Shown: positions 10,764 to 22,700 of the stretch, piece by piece
Layout: each line of letters begins with the position of its first letter
How positions within the stretch are numbered: position 1 is the first letter of the stretch
NCBI RefSeq assembly: GCF_018977255.1
Contig: NW_024704743.1
Coordinates: 74,960,001 to 75,024,000 of the forward strand
Source of the DNA: Callorhinchus milii
Lineage: Eukaryota
Length of the DNA: 64,000 nt
Reading direction: 5' to 3'
Position numbers and translations under genes: made by a program
Notes under the pieces: generated by a model
What the model was told of the DNA's origin: nothing
Databases searched by the model: none
What the model saw: only the letters and a program-made list of their open reading frames with translations

Positions 10764-13700
10764 GTAAGTAAATAAAAATTGGAGTAAGTGTATGTTGTGT
10801 TTATGTTATTTACAAACCAATTTGAAACCTGTTCTCCCCTCGCCTACAGGCTGTGGAAGAATTTCAGCCAGAGGACCTTTTGCAGAGTGTACAGGAAAAT
10901 GAAGCAGTTTGTCTGAAAGAAAAAGACAGCTCACTTTATATATGTGACTCCTTTGAAGGAGAAGCTTTTAATCATCTCAAAAAGGTATTTAATTTGGTGC
11001 TTTACACTTGTGGAACAGTCCAGTGGTGGAGCCAGTGATGGAGTTGGGGGTCTCATGAAACCCCCTCCCTCCCAATCACTTGAGTTCAGCAAAATTCGGC
11101 CCAAACTGACTCACTTATCTGTACTTTTTTGTGATCGCGTTGCTGTTTTCAACTGCCCACTGACTGACTGGCAGCTCAGTCTGCCAATCACAGCCCCTCA
11201 TCCTGCCCCTGACTGACAACCGACTACCAGTCAAAGGCTGGACATCGCCCACAGCCCACCTGGTAAAGTTCCCATGGCACGATTCAAAAAGAAAAGGGAA
11301 TTCCTCCCATTGTCCTGAACAACAATCTTCCAGATAAAATGAATTGGTTATTCACTTCATGGCTGATGGTAGAAAATTGCTGTGTACAAATTGCCTGCCA
11401 CGTTCACCTGCAAATACACCGTCACTACACTTTACAGTAAATCTTGTAAAGTGTTTTAAGACATCTCATCGTCATGATGAGGCACTATATCTAATGCAAG
11501 GATTATTATTACAAAACTGTCAGCTCAGAATGCACATACTCTTGCATCCTCCAATATTGTTCTCAAGAAGATACACATTCTGATTATTTTTGAAGTCCAT
11601 TAACAGTGTGCCTATTATTTAGGTGTTAGAAAGCTATAGAAGGAGGGCTTTTATGGACCAAAAGGACTGTTCGCATATGCTTTCTTAATTTTATTAATAT
11701 TCGTACCATTCCTTGCTGCACAGACATTAGGTATTAGGTTAATTTGAAAAATAAAAACTGACCAAAACACAGTGATAAATCTGTTAGTCATTTTGCATTG
11801 TCTGTGTAGTTCCTCATACACTAGTGTAGTGCTGGTACTATTGCACTGGTGTATTGGATACATTGGAGGTTTGCATTCAGCCACAATGCTCTGGAACACT
11901 CCTTCAATCCTTCCGCATTGCCCCCTCTCCTCTTTTTCAAGTCCCACCTGAAAACCTTCTTTTTCGACCATGCTTACATCTCCCCACTCCCCCTGGCTCG
12001 GAGTCAGGCTCTGTGTGGAGGGCGCTATATAAGTGCAAGTTGTTGTATTGGCAGAGATGCTCGTGGGGCAGTTTTTCATCTTATAAGGGGCCAGGCATTT
12101 TAGGTGCTGGACTTGGGGGCAGTCAGGTTGGAATCTTAATATTGAACATTAATTTGGCACACAGGATGTGCAGGTTTTGTTGTGAGATTGTTTGATCTGC
12201 TATTGTATACATACTGTGGATAGTCGTTTCCAATACAGTAAAGCCTTAAGCTTTTATCTAGGGCTATAATTTGATATTTTAGTAATCAATTTACTCTCCC
12301 CATCCAGCTTGGCTGTAGGATTGTTGGCCCACAAGTTGTGCTATTCTGCGTTCAGCAACAGCAGTGTGTGCCCAAAGCTGTACATCCTGTTTACAACATG
12401 GCCATGTCTGGCGTGGTGATTTCATGCACAAGCCTGAACAAGGAGATCAGGGTAAGTGACTTAGTGCAGAGTGACCACGGGTCAGTTAAGTTAACAATAT
12501 TGAAAAAAAACATTGTCAAGTTATAAAATGCCAGTCCGACTCAGGCCTGCTTCACATCCTCCGCCCCACTATCAGTAGGCAAGCTTTCAGCCTTTTAGTC
12601 TTTAGACACGTCCTCCGCTTGGATGAACAGTCACCTGTGCATTGGGCTCTCGGTTTAGATATACCACGGCTCGGGACTGGACACACCTGAAGTCTGCCTT
12701 GAGGGTGTCTGAGACATACTGTTCATGGCTGATTCGGGCTTTCAGCCTCAGGACACCTGAGACACTACATGTGATTGGTTGTTGTAAAGGTGGTAACAAC
12801 AGAATCCTGGTCACGTGCAGTAAGTAGTAGCATTGATAAAGAGCAGGGGAATGGGGTTAGAGTAGATAGCTCCAGTGGGAGAGCCAGCACAAGTATAAAC
12901 ATGGTGGCCTAATGGCTTCAGTCTAAGATGTAAATGTTCTATGATTCTATGCTTGAAGTTGGGCATCAAAGTTACAAATGTATAAAAGGTCCAAATTAAA
13001 TTAATGTGTTGTACATCTTGTTTCCTTCCTACAGGATGAAGTACATAAATGTGTACAGCTGATGGGTGGGAGGATTTCACGGGATTTCAATATCTCAGTG
13101 ACTCATCTCATAGCTGGAGAGGTTGGAAGTAAGAAGTATTTAGTGGCTGCTAGTCTGAAGAAACCTATTTTACTTCCATCCTGGGTGAAAACATGCTGGG
13201 AACAGTCTCACCATGGGTAAGGGGCAACTGTAGTTTGAAAACCCTGACATCTGAATTATGTTTTGTGTTACATTTATTACAGTGTGAGGTATATGTTTAC
13301 CAATGTCTATTGATGGCACTCGCCTTCTATATAGCTATTACTTTCCCCAAAAGGTGGAGAATTCTTGTACTCTGCCTTGGAGAAACTTCAGGTAAATTAA
13401 TCAGGTTATTGAAATGAATTAAATGCTGCAAATCATCTTCATTGCTGTGTCTACCAGGAAAAGTCTCGTGAAGGTTGGAGCAGTCTAGTCAGGATTGGGA
13501 CAAGGACCCTGCTGGATATCATCCCTCCCATTTTGTCACAGCTCAATCCCTTCTTGAATATTGTCCTTTTGAGTGATGTTGTTCTGCTCTTCTAACTCCT
13601 TCCAATGTTTGGGAAGCATCTTTTCATCTCTAGATTTTTCTTGCGGAGCAAGCAAGTTTCTTTTAAGTATTGGGCTGACAGCTAGTTTAGTCTTTTTACT

Positions 13701-16700
13701 ATCTAAACTGATGTAACTTCTATGATTATTTGCATTTGATAATACTTGTCTGTGGCTCCAGTGAGTTAGGAAAGGAACTTGCATTCGTTTAGCTTCTCAT
13801 CAAGTGGAAATGCCATTATACCGAGCAAGTCCCACAAACAGCCAAGAGGCAAATGACCAATTAATCTGGGGAATTCTTGACTAGGACATTGTGTGAAACT
13901 TCTCTTTTTAAATAGTGTGATTTACAGCCACATATTACAGATCTGAGTAATAAAAAAAAATAATAATCCTTGCATGCGATATAGTGCTTTTCACGTCTTC
14001 TGGACGTCTCAAAGCGCTTCAATGAATATACTGCAAAGTGAATTGACTGTATTTGTGGACGAAACGCGGCAGTGAATTACGTACAGCAGTGTCCCACAAA
14101 CAGTTGTGGATTGAAGTGACCAATTTTATTATTTTTTTTCTTGAGGGATTATTATCAGGTGTGTGGAGTAAGGAAACTTGCCCAAGGTTTTGCCTTGCCA
14201 GGAATCAAACCCAGGTCTCTCGCTTGCGAGGCGAGTGCTCTGGACTGAGCTACAGGACTCCTGTAGTTCAGTAGTTAGAATAGACAATTGAGATCTTAGT
14301 TTAATGTCCCATCTGAAAGATAAGACCTTTGACAAAGAAGCGATCTCCCAGCATTATACTGGGGTGTCATCTGAATTGTGACCTAAATTTCAACATGGAG
14401 TTTGAACTCCATTTTCTGACCCAGTACTCACAACAGAGTCTGAGTATCTGGTTACTTGTTTGATCGTGTTATTCTGGCAAGGCAGCCCTTCAGAGTGAAA
14501 TACTTGCCAGCTGGGTAATTATGAAACATAGAGCAATCATTTGTCTACACTTAAATCTTCTGCTATAACTTTTGGATACACTTATTTAGTTATGTTAATT
14601 ATGTCTATGATGATCCCTTTAAAAGATAAAAACAAACGTATCATTTGGAATATTACTTGTGTTTTGTTGCCTTGTTTTACTCGGGTAAAGTTCATACAGT
14701 TATTGGCCACTCTTCAAAATGTTAACAACGTGCTCATTGTTGTGCAAGCTCAGGCAGTTAGTGTCAGGCTGTCAGGGACACTGTTTCTCTCAGCCAAACC
14801 CAATCATTTCCTCACCTGGTGCTCACATACAAGATATTATCAGCTGGGAGGAAGGGAATTTGCAGGTGAAGAGCAGAAATCTCGTCCTTTTTTTCCCCCA
14901 AATTCCCTGGCCAAAAAACACATAAGGCAGACTGGGTATCTGCTTTTGGTTTGTACAGTATCGTGGCTTTTCCAACTGAGCTATCAGAGGACCTACTTGA
15001 AGTATTTTACCTTTTGTAGAATAATGAATAACTAATTATTTATTTCCATGATCCCTCTATTTAATTGTTTTATTCATTTAGGTTCCATCTGCTCTTATGA
15101 TTCAGATGAACATAAAAAGACAGGCTTCTCACAATTTCAAAGAAACATGTTTTTTTTTCCTGGCTCCATATTCATTCCTTTTCCGAATTTATTCACATTT
15201 TCAATTTAACTGGCAACTCATCTCATTGTTAGTGATAGGATCTCACATGCCGAGATTGGCTGTCAGTCAATTTTGCAAATCAATTATTTTTGTAAAGTGC
15301 TGTGAGACATTTATTTTATGTGCCAGGAGCTACATAAATGCAAGTGGAGTCCTGTAGCTAAGTGGTTAGAGCACTCGCCTCGCAAGCGAGAAACCTGGGG
15401 TTCGATTCCTTGCAGGGTAAAAGTGTTGGGCAAGATTCCTTTCTCCACACACCTGATAATAATCCCTCAAGAAAAAAACCCAATGATAAATTGGTCACTT
15501 CAATCCACGATTGCTGTGCGCAATTGGCTGTCACGTTTTGCCCACAAATATACAGTCAATTCACTTTACAGTATATTCTGTGAAGCGCTTTGAAACGTCT
15601 AGAAGACGTGGAAATCGCTACATCAAATGCAAGGATTATTATTAAGTTATTCTAACGTATTCATTATCCTCCATTACTGAATAATAAGTTGCTTTCTGTT
15701 GAATGCCCTCAGATAACCAAAGCTCCTCTTGGTAAATCCACTGGAACAGTTGGTTAATTTTAGATGAAGTGTGTAAGTGAACTCTGGGGAGAGAGTTAAA
15801 CTGGTTGATTTGTATTACCATCTGTTGGCTGAAGGTCGTAGGGTTTTAACGCCGTGTGCAACAGCAAACCAGCGCTGTTCATTTAGTTGTAGCTAATAGA
15901 ATCCGCCACTTTATTTTGAACAGCATGATTAGCTACACAGATATGAACCTGGAAGAACATCTCTGTCCTCCATTCCTTGGATGTACCATCTGTGTGACTG
16001 GGCTGAGTAGTCTCGATAGGCAGGAGGTGAAACGTCTTACACTGGAGCACGGTGGGCAGTACACAGGGCAGCTGAAGATGAATGACTGTACGCATCTTAT
16101 AGTGCAAGAAGCTAAAGGTAAATGCAAGATATGCAATAGTTGAGTTCTTAGATCTTTGATGTCCTGTACAGTGTTATGCAAACCAATATTAATTAATATT
16201 GACTATTCAAGATCCAGAAGTATATGGGTAAGTTAAGGTATGAGTTGTTTTACTTATGAGAAGAAATTAGACAAACTGACTTTTTAAAGTCAAACAGAAC
16301 TTACTTTTTACCCTTTCAATAAACAAACGGAAAAGATTTTAGATGGATTGAGTGCTTTTGTTCTGCAATATGTGATCCATTTGAACAATAATAATAATAA
16401 TCCTTGCATTTGATATAGCGCCTTATCAGTTCTTCTAGACGTCTCAAAGTGCTTCACAGAATATACTGTAAAGTGAATTGACTGTATATTTTGTGGGCGA
16501 AATGCGGCAGCCAATCACGCACAGCAGTCCCACAAGCAGTCGTGGATTGAGTGACCAAATTATTTTTATTTATTTTGAAAGAATTATTACTCCCGGAAAA
16601 GCGATCCGCTAATCAACTATCACCTGGGTTCCTACTTATTGCTAGGCAAACAGAGGTGTGTGGAGTAAGGAAACTTGCCCAACATTTAGCCCTGCTAGAA

Positions 16701-19700
16701 ATCAAACCCAGGATCTCTCGCTTGCGAGGCGAGTGCTTTAACCACTGAGCTAGAGGGCTCCAATAACCTCTACCCAAGTAGCTGCTTAACTGTTTGTCAA
16801 CAAGTGAAAATCCTGAAATTCCTACTGAAGAGAATATGCAATACCTTACCTTACCCATGCACTTTAGGATCTTGAATACTTAAATGGCCAAATGAGTTCT
16901 TTCATCCAGTCTCAGTTGATCAAATGTGAATGACTTTAGTTGTGTAAAATGTTGAGTTCAGCAAACATTGAAATGACTGTTGTACCGTAAAAAGTTACAT
17001 TTCTACTATTTTTATTTTTACATGCCAAGGCCAGAAGTTTGAATGTGCACAAAAGTGGAATGTGTACTGTGTATCCATCCAGTGGTTCTTTGACTCCATT
17101 GAAAATGGTACATGTCAGGATGAATCCATCTATAAAGTTGAACGCCATCCAGAATCTGGGGACAGTGCTCCAAGTAGCTCAACTCCAACCAACAATGGAA
17201 ACCCACTGAATTGTACGTAGAATATTACTCAACCGTATCACTAATTCAATTGAAAGGCATTCTTGGAGCGCTTAATGGTGGAGGAGGGAGGTGACCATAG
17301 GCACGGTCGAAGAGAAGCTCTTCAATTGTAATCTGCATAGACGGGCAAGGAAGGGGTATAGGGATTGAGGCAGAGAGTTCCATAGTTTTGAGATGTTGTG
17401 GTTGAAAGCACGGCCGCTGATTGCGTAGTGCTGGGATGAGGGATGTTCAGGAGGCCAGAGCCGGCTGAGTGAAGACTGAACGAAAGCAATGGGTAGTAGA
17501 GTAGGGTTTAAGCAAGTCCGGGAGGTAGGGAGACGCCAGGGCATGAAGTGATTTGTACATGAGTATGAGGATCTTGAAATCGATCCGTTCTGCAATCGGG
17601 AACCAAAGAATCTTGGCGAGATAGTCGAGGTAGGAGTTTTGTGCTGTTGAGGATACAGGTAGTGGAATTTTGAATGAATTGGGGATTAAACCTGATGCCT
17701 AGGTTGAGCACAGATCAGTAGCTTGAATTAGGCTCAAGTAGAGGTCAATTCAAAAGCTGGAAATATTTACCCTGTAGAAGAGGGGACTGGGGAATCTTAA
17801 GTATTCAATGTCCTAAAGGATATTGATAAACTGAGCTCTGATTTATGTAATGTATTTGTAAATATGTATTGAGTTAGCATAGGATTTTGTTAAATGTTGT
17901 GTCCAGCCAGATGGACTTCAATGGTCTTCTCTGGTTCTTTACATTCCTATGAGACAATTCTGGGAAATGTATTTCTCCTTTGAAGAAATGGTCGACAAAA
18001 AATATTTATGGGACTGATGGTGGTGAGGGATTTTAGGAATTACATTTCCCAGAAGTGTTAGACTCCCAATAGCAATACTAGCACCAATACCAGGAGGCAT
18101 AATCTATTTCTCTCTCTTTTACCCCCACACTCCCTTAGCTCAACCACTGCCAGACCTCAGTCACATTTCCAACATTAGCATGAGCAGTGTCAATGAATCT
18201 GCCTTTTCTGCCATGTCCACTAAGCTGGAAATGCCTTCTGATCCTCTTGAAGCTCTGGATATCAGCGGTTTTGAAATTTCTGAAGACTTGTTAGATGGAT
18301 GTAAAGTAAGCCAATGTTTCTTTTGAGTTCTTTTAGCAGAGTATTGTCTAGCTTGTGATAGCTATAAAGCATGATACTGATTTGACATGCAGGATGTGCT
18401 GTGTGCGTCCTAATACTTGCATCTGATATGGCGCCTTCTCATGTTGAAATGTCTTAGCGTTTCTTAATTTTTCTTTGAAGTGCAGTGACTGTATTTGCAG
18501 CTAAATATGGCACCTAATTTCCATATAGCAATGCCCCACAAACAGCCATGAAGTAAATAACTAATTTTATTTGGGGGATTGTTGGCAAGGACACTGTAAG
18601 AAAATCCCTTCTCTTTTTGAATAGCACTATAGGAACTTTAATGTCCACCTGAACAGGCAAACAGGATCTCTGCTTAATGCCTCACTGGAAGGAGGGCACC
18701 TCTCGCAATGCAGCACACCCCCAGCACTGCATTGGAGGACTGTGAGGTTAAACTCCTGACCGTGCAGCTTGAACCACCAACTTCAGAACATTACCTGCTT
18801 AGACCCACTAAAAATAGGTGTTTCCTTGAGTTATTTTGTTGATTTTTATTTTTAAAGGTAAAGAAACTGGTTATGAATTCCTATTATGATGAGATGTAAC
18901 TCCTGTATGTGTCTCTTTTACAGATTTATTTATCTGGATTCAGTGGTAAGAAGTTGGATAAATTGCGTCGAATGATTAATTTTGGTGGCGGAGTGCGGTT
19001 CAATCAGTTCAGTGAAGATGTTACTCATGTGATTGTAGGAGAAGAGGAGAAGGAACTGAAAGTGTGTTTAAACAAAATGTCACACAGGTACAGTGAGAGC
19101 ACCTTTCATACTAAAAACATGTTTAACAAAACCTCAACAAGTACAACAAGTGCTTCTTTCAAACTCAAAACATGTTTAAACAAAATGTCACATGGGTACA
19201 GTGAGGGCACCTTTCATACTAAAAACATGTTTAACAAAACTTCAACAAGTGTTTCTTTCAAACTGAAAACATGTTAAACAAAAGGTGATGTAAGTGTAGA
19301 TTTTTCATGGTAAAATACATTTTTCTGTTTACATATCTCCCTGTGTGGACCTTTTCAGTAATTCACTAAAACACACACTTCACTAATTCAGACAAAATAG
19401 GTTAATGCTTCATACGATAATCTTCATTATCCTTGTGTTTGATATATTGCTTTATTACAACGTTGAAATGTCTCAAAGTGATTTGCAGAATTTACTGTAA
19501 CATGAAAGTGAGAGGGGAAAAAATAGTGAAGTTATTTGCAAATTAAAGAAATTGAAGTGAAAATGGGGGGAAAAAATAGTGATCTTGTGTTCAGGGTTGT
19601 GAAGGGCAAATTTAGGATAGACCGAAAGGTAAAACCTATTTCCCAGAACTTGTGGAGCTGAGAGACTATAGAAAACTACTAAAGACTGGCCTGTTGATCA

Positions 19701-22700
19701 GAAACAAACCGTACACTTCCCAGTTAAAGAACGGGCTACGCTTGATTCTACTATGGACCATCATAGAGCTTCGGTAAATCAAACATATAAAAGTGTTGCA
19801 AGAAGAATTTTTTTAAAGTGTTTATGAATGTTTATCTTTGCTGTATGAATTTCTGATGGGCATTTACTGCAAATTTTCTAATGAATTAACCTCTATATTA
19901 GGCCACATGTGGTTACAGCAAGGTGGTTGGTGGAATGCTTTTCCAAGAGCTGTCTTCTTCCTGAGGAGCGGTATTTCCATCCAACCTATCAGCCTGCTGA
20001 CGTTCTGATCACAGAGAAGCCAAGCACCAAGCAAGCTCGTTTGACTGTAAATAGTAATAAAGCAGTGACGACCAGTCCAGGCAGACAACAGAAGGCGGAT
20101 GAGGATCTGCTTTCCCAGTACATGGACAACGACACAACCATAGGCTAGAATTTTATCTTTTTAGTTAAGATTTCCAGTGGAATTTGTGTGTGTTATCTTT
20201 ACTCAGCCAGTAGCTCTCTTGGCATTCAATTGATGTGTTGTGGGGACATGAACTCACAGTCCTGATCTCAATATTTTTTTTAATACTGAGATTTGGATGA
20301 GCACACATGTTCTTAGGTTCACAATACAAATTAATTTAACTCTGCTTTTATAACTCTTAAACGACGACAAACTCTTTCTAGTAATTATTAATTGTGTATT
20401 AATCTCTTATAATAACTCTTCACTTCTAAGGCCATCCATGGCCTTGCCCCTTCCTACCTCTCTGACCTGCTGACTCCCTACCAACTGCCCTCTTCCTCCG
20501 TTTATCGTGCTCCGGTTTGCTCCATGTCTCCTGTCCGACCCGCCCTACCATCAGTGGCCGGGCTTTCAGCCTCTCTGCCCCCACACTCTGGAACTCCATC
20601 CCACAATCCCTTCGCCTCGCTTCCTCCCTTGCCACCTTCAAGGCCAGTCTCAAGACCCTTCTCTTCGATCGTGCCTTTGGTCTCCCTCCCACCTCTCTGC
20701 CTTCCCCCACCCATTTCCATGCTCGGGTCCCGACACCTGACTGTTCAGAGCTTTGGCAAGTCCTCCCGACAGGAAAGGCGCTCTATAAATGTAATTTTGT
20801 TGTTGTTTTTGCTAATTATTAATTCGCTCAGGTTGTACTACTCATGCCTCTGGGTCAAAAGGGTGTAGGTTCAGATCCATATCAGGATATTGAGCTCACA
20901 AGTCCAGGTTTGCACCTGTGCTCGCACGTCCCATGCATATGCAGGTACACACACGTTCCTGGACACTCACACTCCAGGAGAACTCTTGGATAACAATCTG
21001 GAGCATCGTTGAGACGTCACAAAACGCTTCACAGGATATTTTGTGGGCGAAATACGGCAGCCAATTGCACACAGCATTGTCCCACAAACAGTTATGGATT
21101 GAGTGACCAAATTTGTTATTTTTTTAAAAAAGGATTTATTACCTATAAAAGATATATTGGCCTTGGAGGGGGTGCAGCGCAGGCTCACCAGGATGCTACC
21201 AGGCCAAAAAGGGTTAAGTTACGAGGATAGGCTGCGTATACTTGGATTGTATTCCCTCGAGTTTAGAAGATTGAGGGGTGATTTGAGAGGTATTTAGGAT
21301 AATAAAGGGATTTGATAGGGTAGATGCAGAAAAGCCATTTCCTATGTTGGGGGAATGCAAAACAAGGGGGCATAGTCTTAAAATTAGAACTAGATCATTT
21401 AAGAGTGAAATCAGGAAGCATTTTTTCACTCAAAGGGTGGTAGAAATCTGGAACTCTCTCCCCCAAAAGGTCATGGATGCTGGATCCATCCACACCTTCA
21501 AGAAAGTGATTGACAGATTTTTGGTAGGTCAGGGTATTAAGGGATACGGGGAGAAAGCGGGAAATTGGATTTGAAATTCTAGTAAAGATATAGATCAGCC
21601 ATGATCTAATTAAATGACGGGCTGAATGGCTTATTCCTGTTCTTATGTTCCTGCCCCTGAAAGTGAACCCGCCAATCGATTAACACCTGGGTTCCTACTT
21701 ACTGCAGGCAAACAGAGGCGTGTGGAGTAAGAAAACTTGCCTAAGGTTTCGCCCCTGCCGGGCTTCAAACCCAGGTCCTCTCGCTTGTGAGGCGAGTTCC
21801 GTAACCAATATGCCAATTAATGTAACTTCCTTAAGGTGATACTCAACCAGACTAGGAATGAAACAACCTTTCCAATCTGTGGCTGGATAAGCCATTCAGT
21901 AGTCGGGACAGCTGGGTTTTTCTTTTATTTTGAAGATTTTTTTAATTTAAATTTTAAAATTGTAGTATTTTCCTTATTGAATTTTTCTTATCTTTTAAAA
22001 ATATAGTTGGACTTGTAAATCATGAACAATCAGAGAGTAACTTCCAAGACACAACCAGGGTTAATGTTCAGGAACAGAACAGGCCTGCGAACGATTCCAC
22101 ATTCTGGACTGAGCCTGCAGCTGAGGAGAGTCTGTTCAACAAGAAGAGGTTTCTGGTATTTGGCTTCAGTAATGAAGATGCTGTTTATCTGGGTGAATTA
22201 ATCCGGGACAGCGGTGGCAGAGTGTTACCACCCCACAGCCGCGTGGTTGCGGACTACGCTGTTGTTCCTTTGCTGGGAACTAAAGTGGATGCGACTGTAG
22301 CAGAAGTGGTTACAAACACATGGCTGGTGAGCAGCTGGATGTTTACAGTGTTTGTTTGACTTGTATAAATTATATGTGAATACAGTAATGACATAAACTA
22401 AATACTACAGGCTAAATACTGCTAAATACCCAAGGAGCTCAGGAAAAGTGGATGTTTGATGTGAGATCCCTGTTGGATATTGATTTGGAGTATTTTCAGA
22501 TGTTTTCCCCCTCTCACCTCTCTCTTCCCTCTGTTGCTTTGGAAATGTGTTGGACTGACTTTCTGGTGGCTGACGTCCGTACTTCCGTACCTGATGCGTA
22601 GATATTTGGTGATGGGTGTGAACCCTGACATTTACATACTCCCAAAATTGGTGCTTCAAAATGTTGGCCGGTCCAGGAAGCCAAAATGACCAGTTTCTGG

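Noticed and set aside
14541..15035. 164-aa ORF and other short ORFs in introns and intergenic DNA
   Set aside because: No recognisable domains or consistent splice phases; expected by chance or derived from repeats.
15346..15420. tRNA genes (A/B boxes, cloverleaf-like) here and at 53838, 55498, 58896 and others
   Set aside because: Each continues into a shared SINE body with an L2-like tail and copies are diverged; they are SINE heads.
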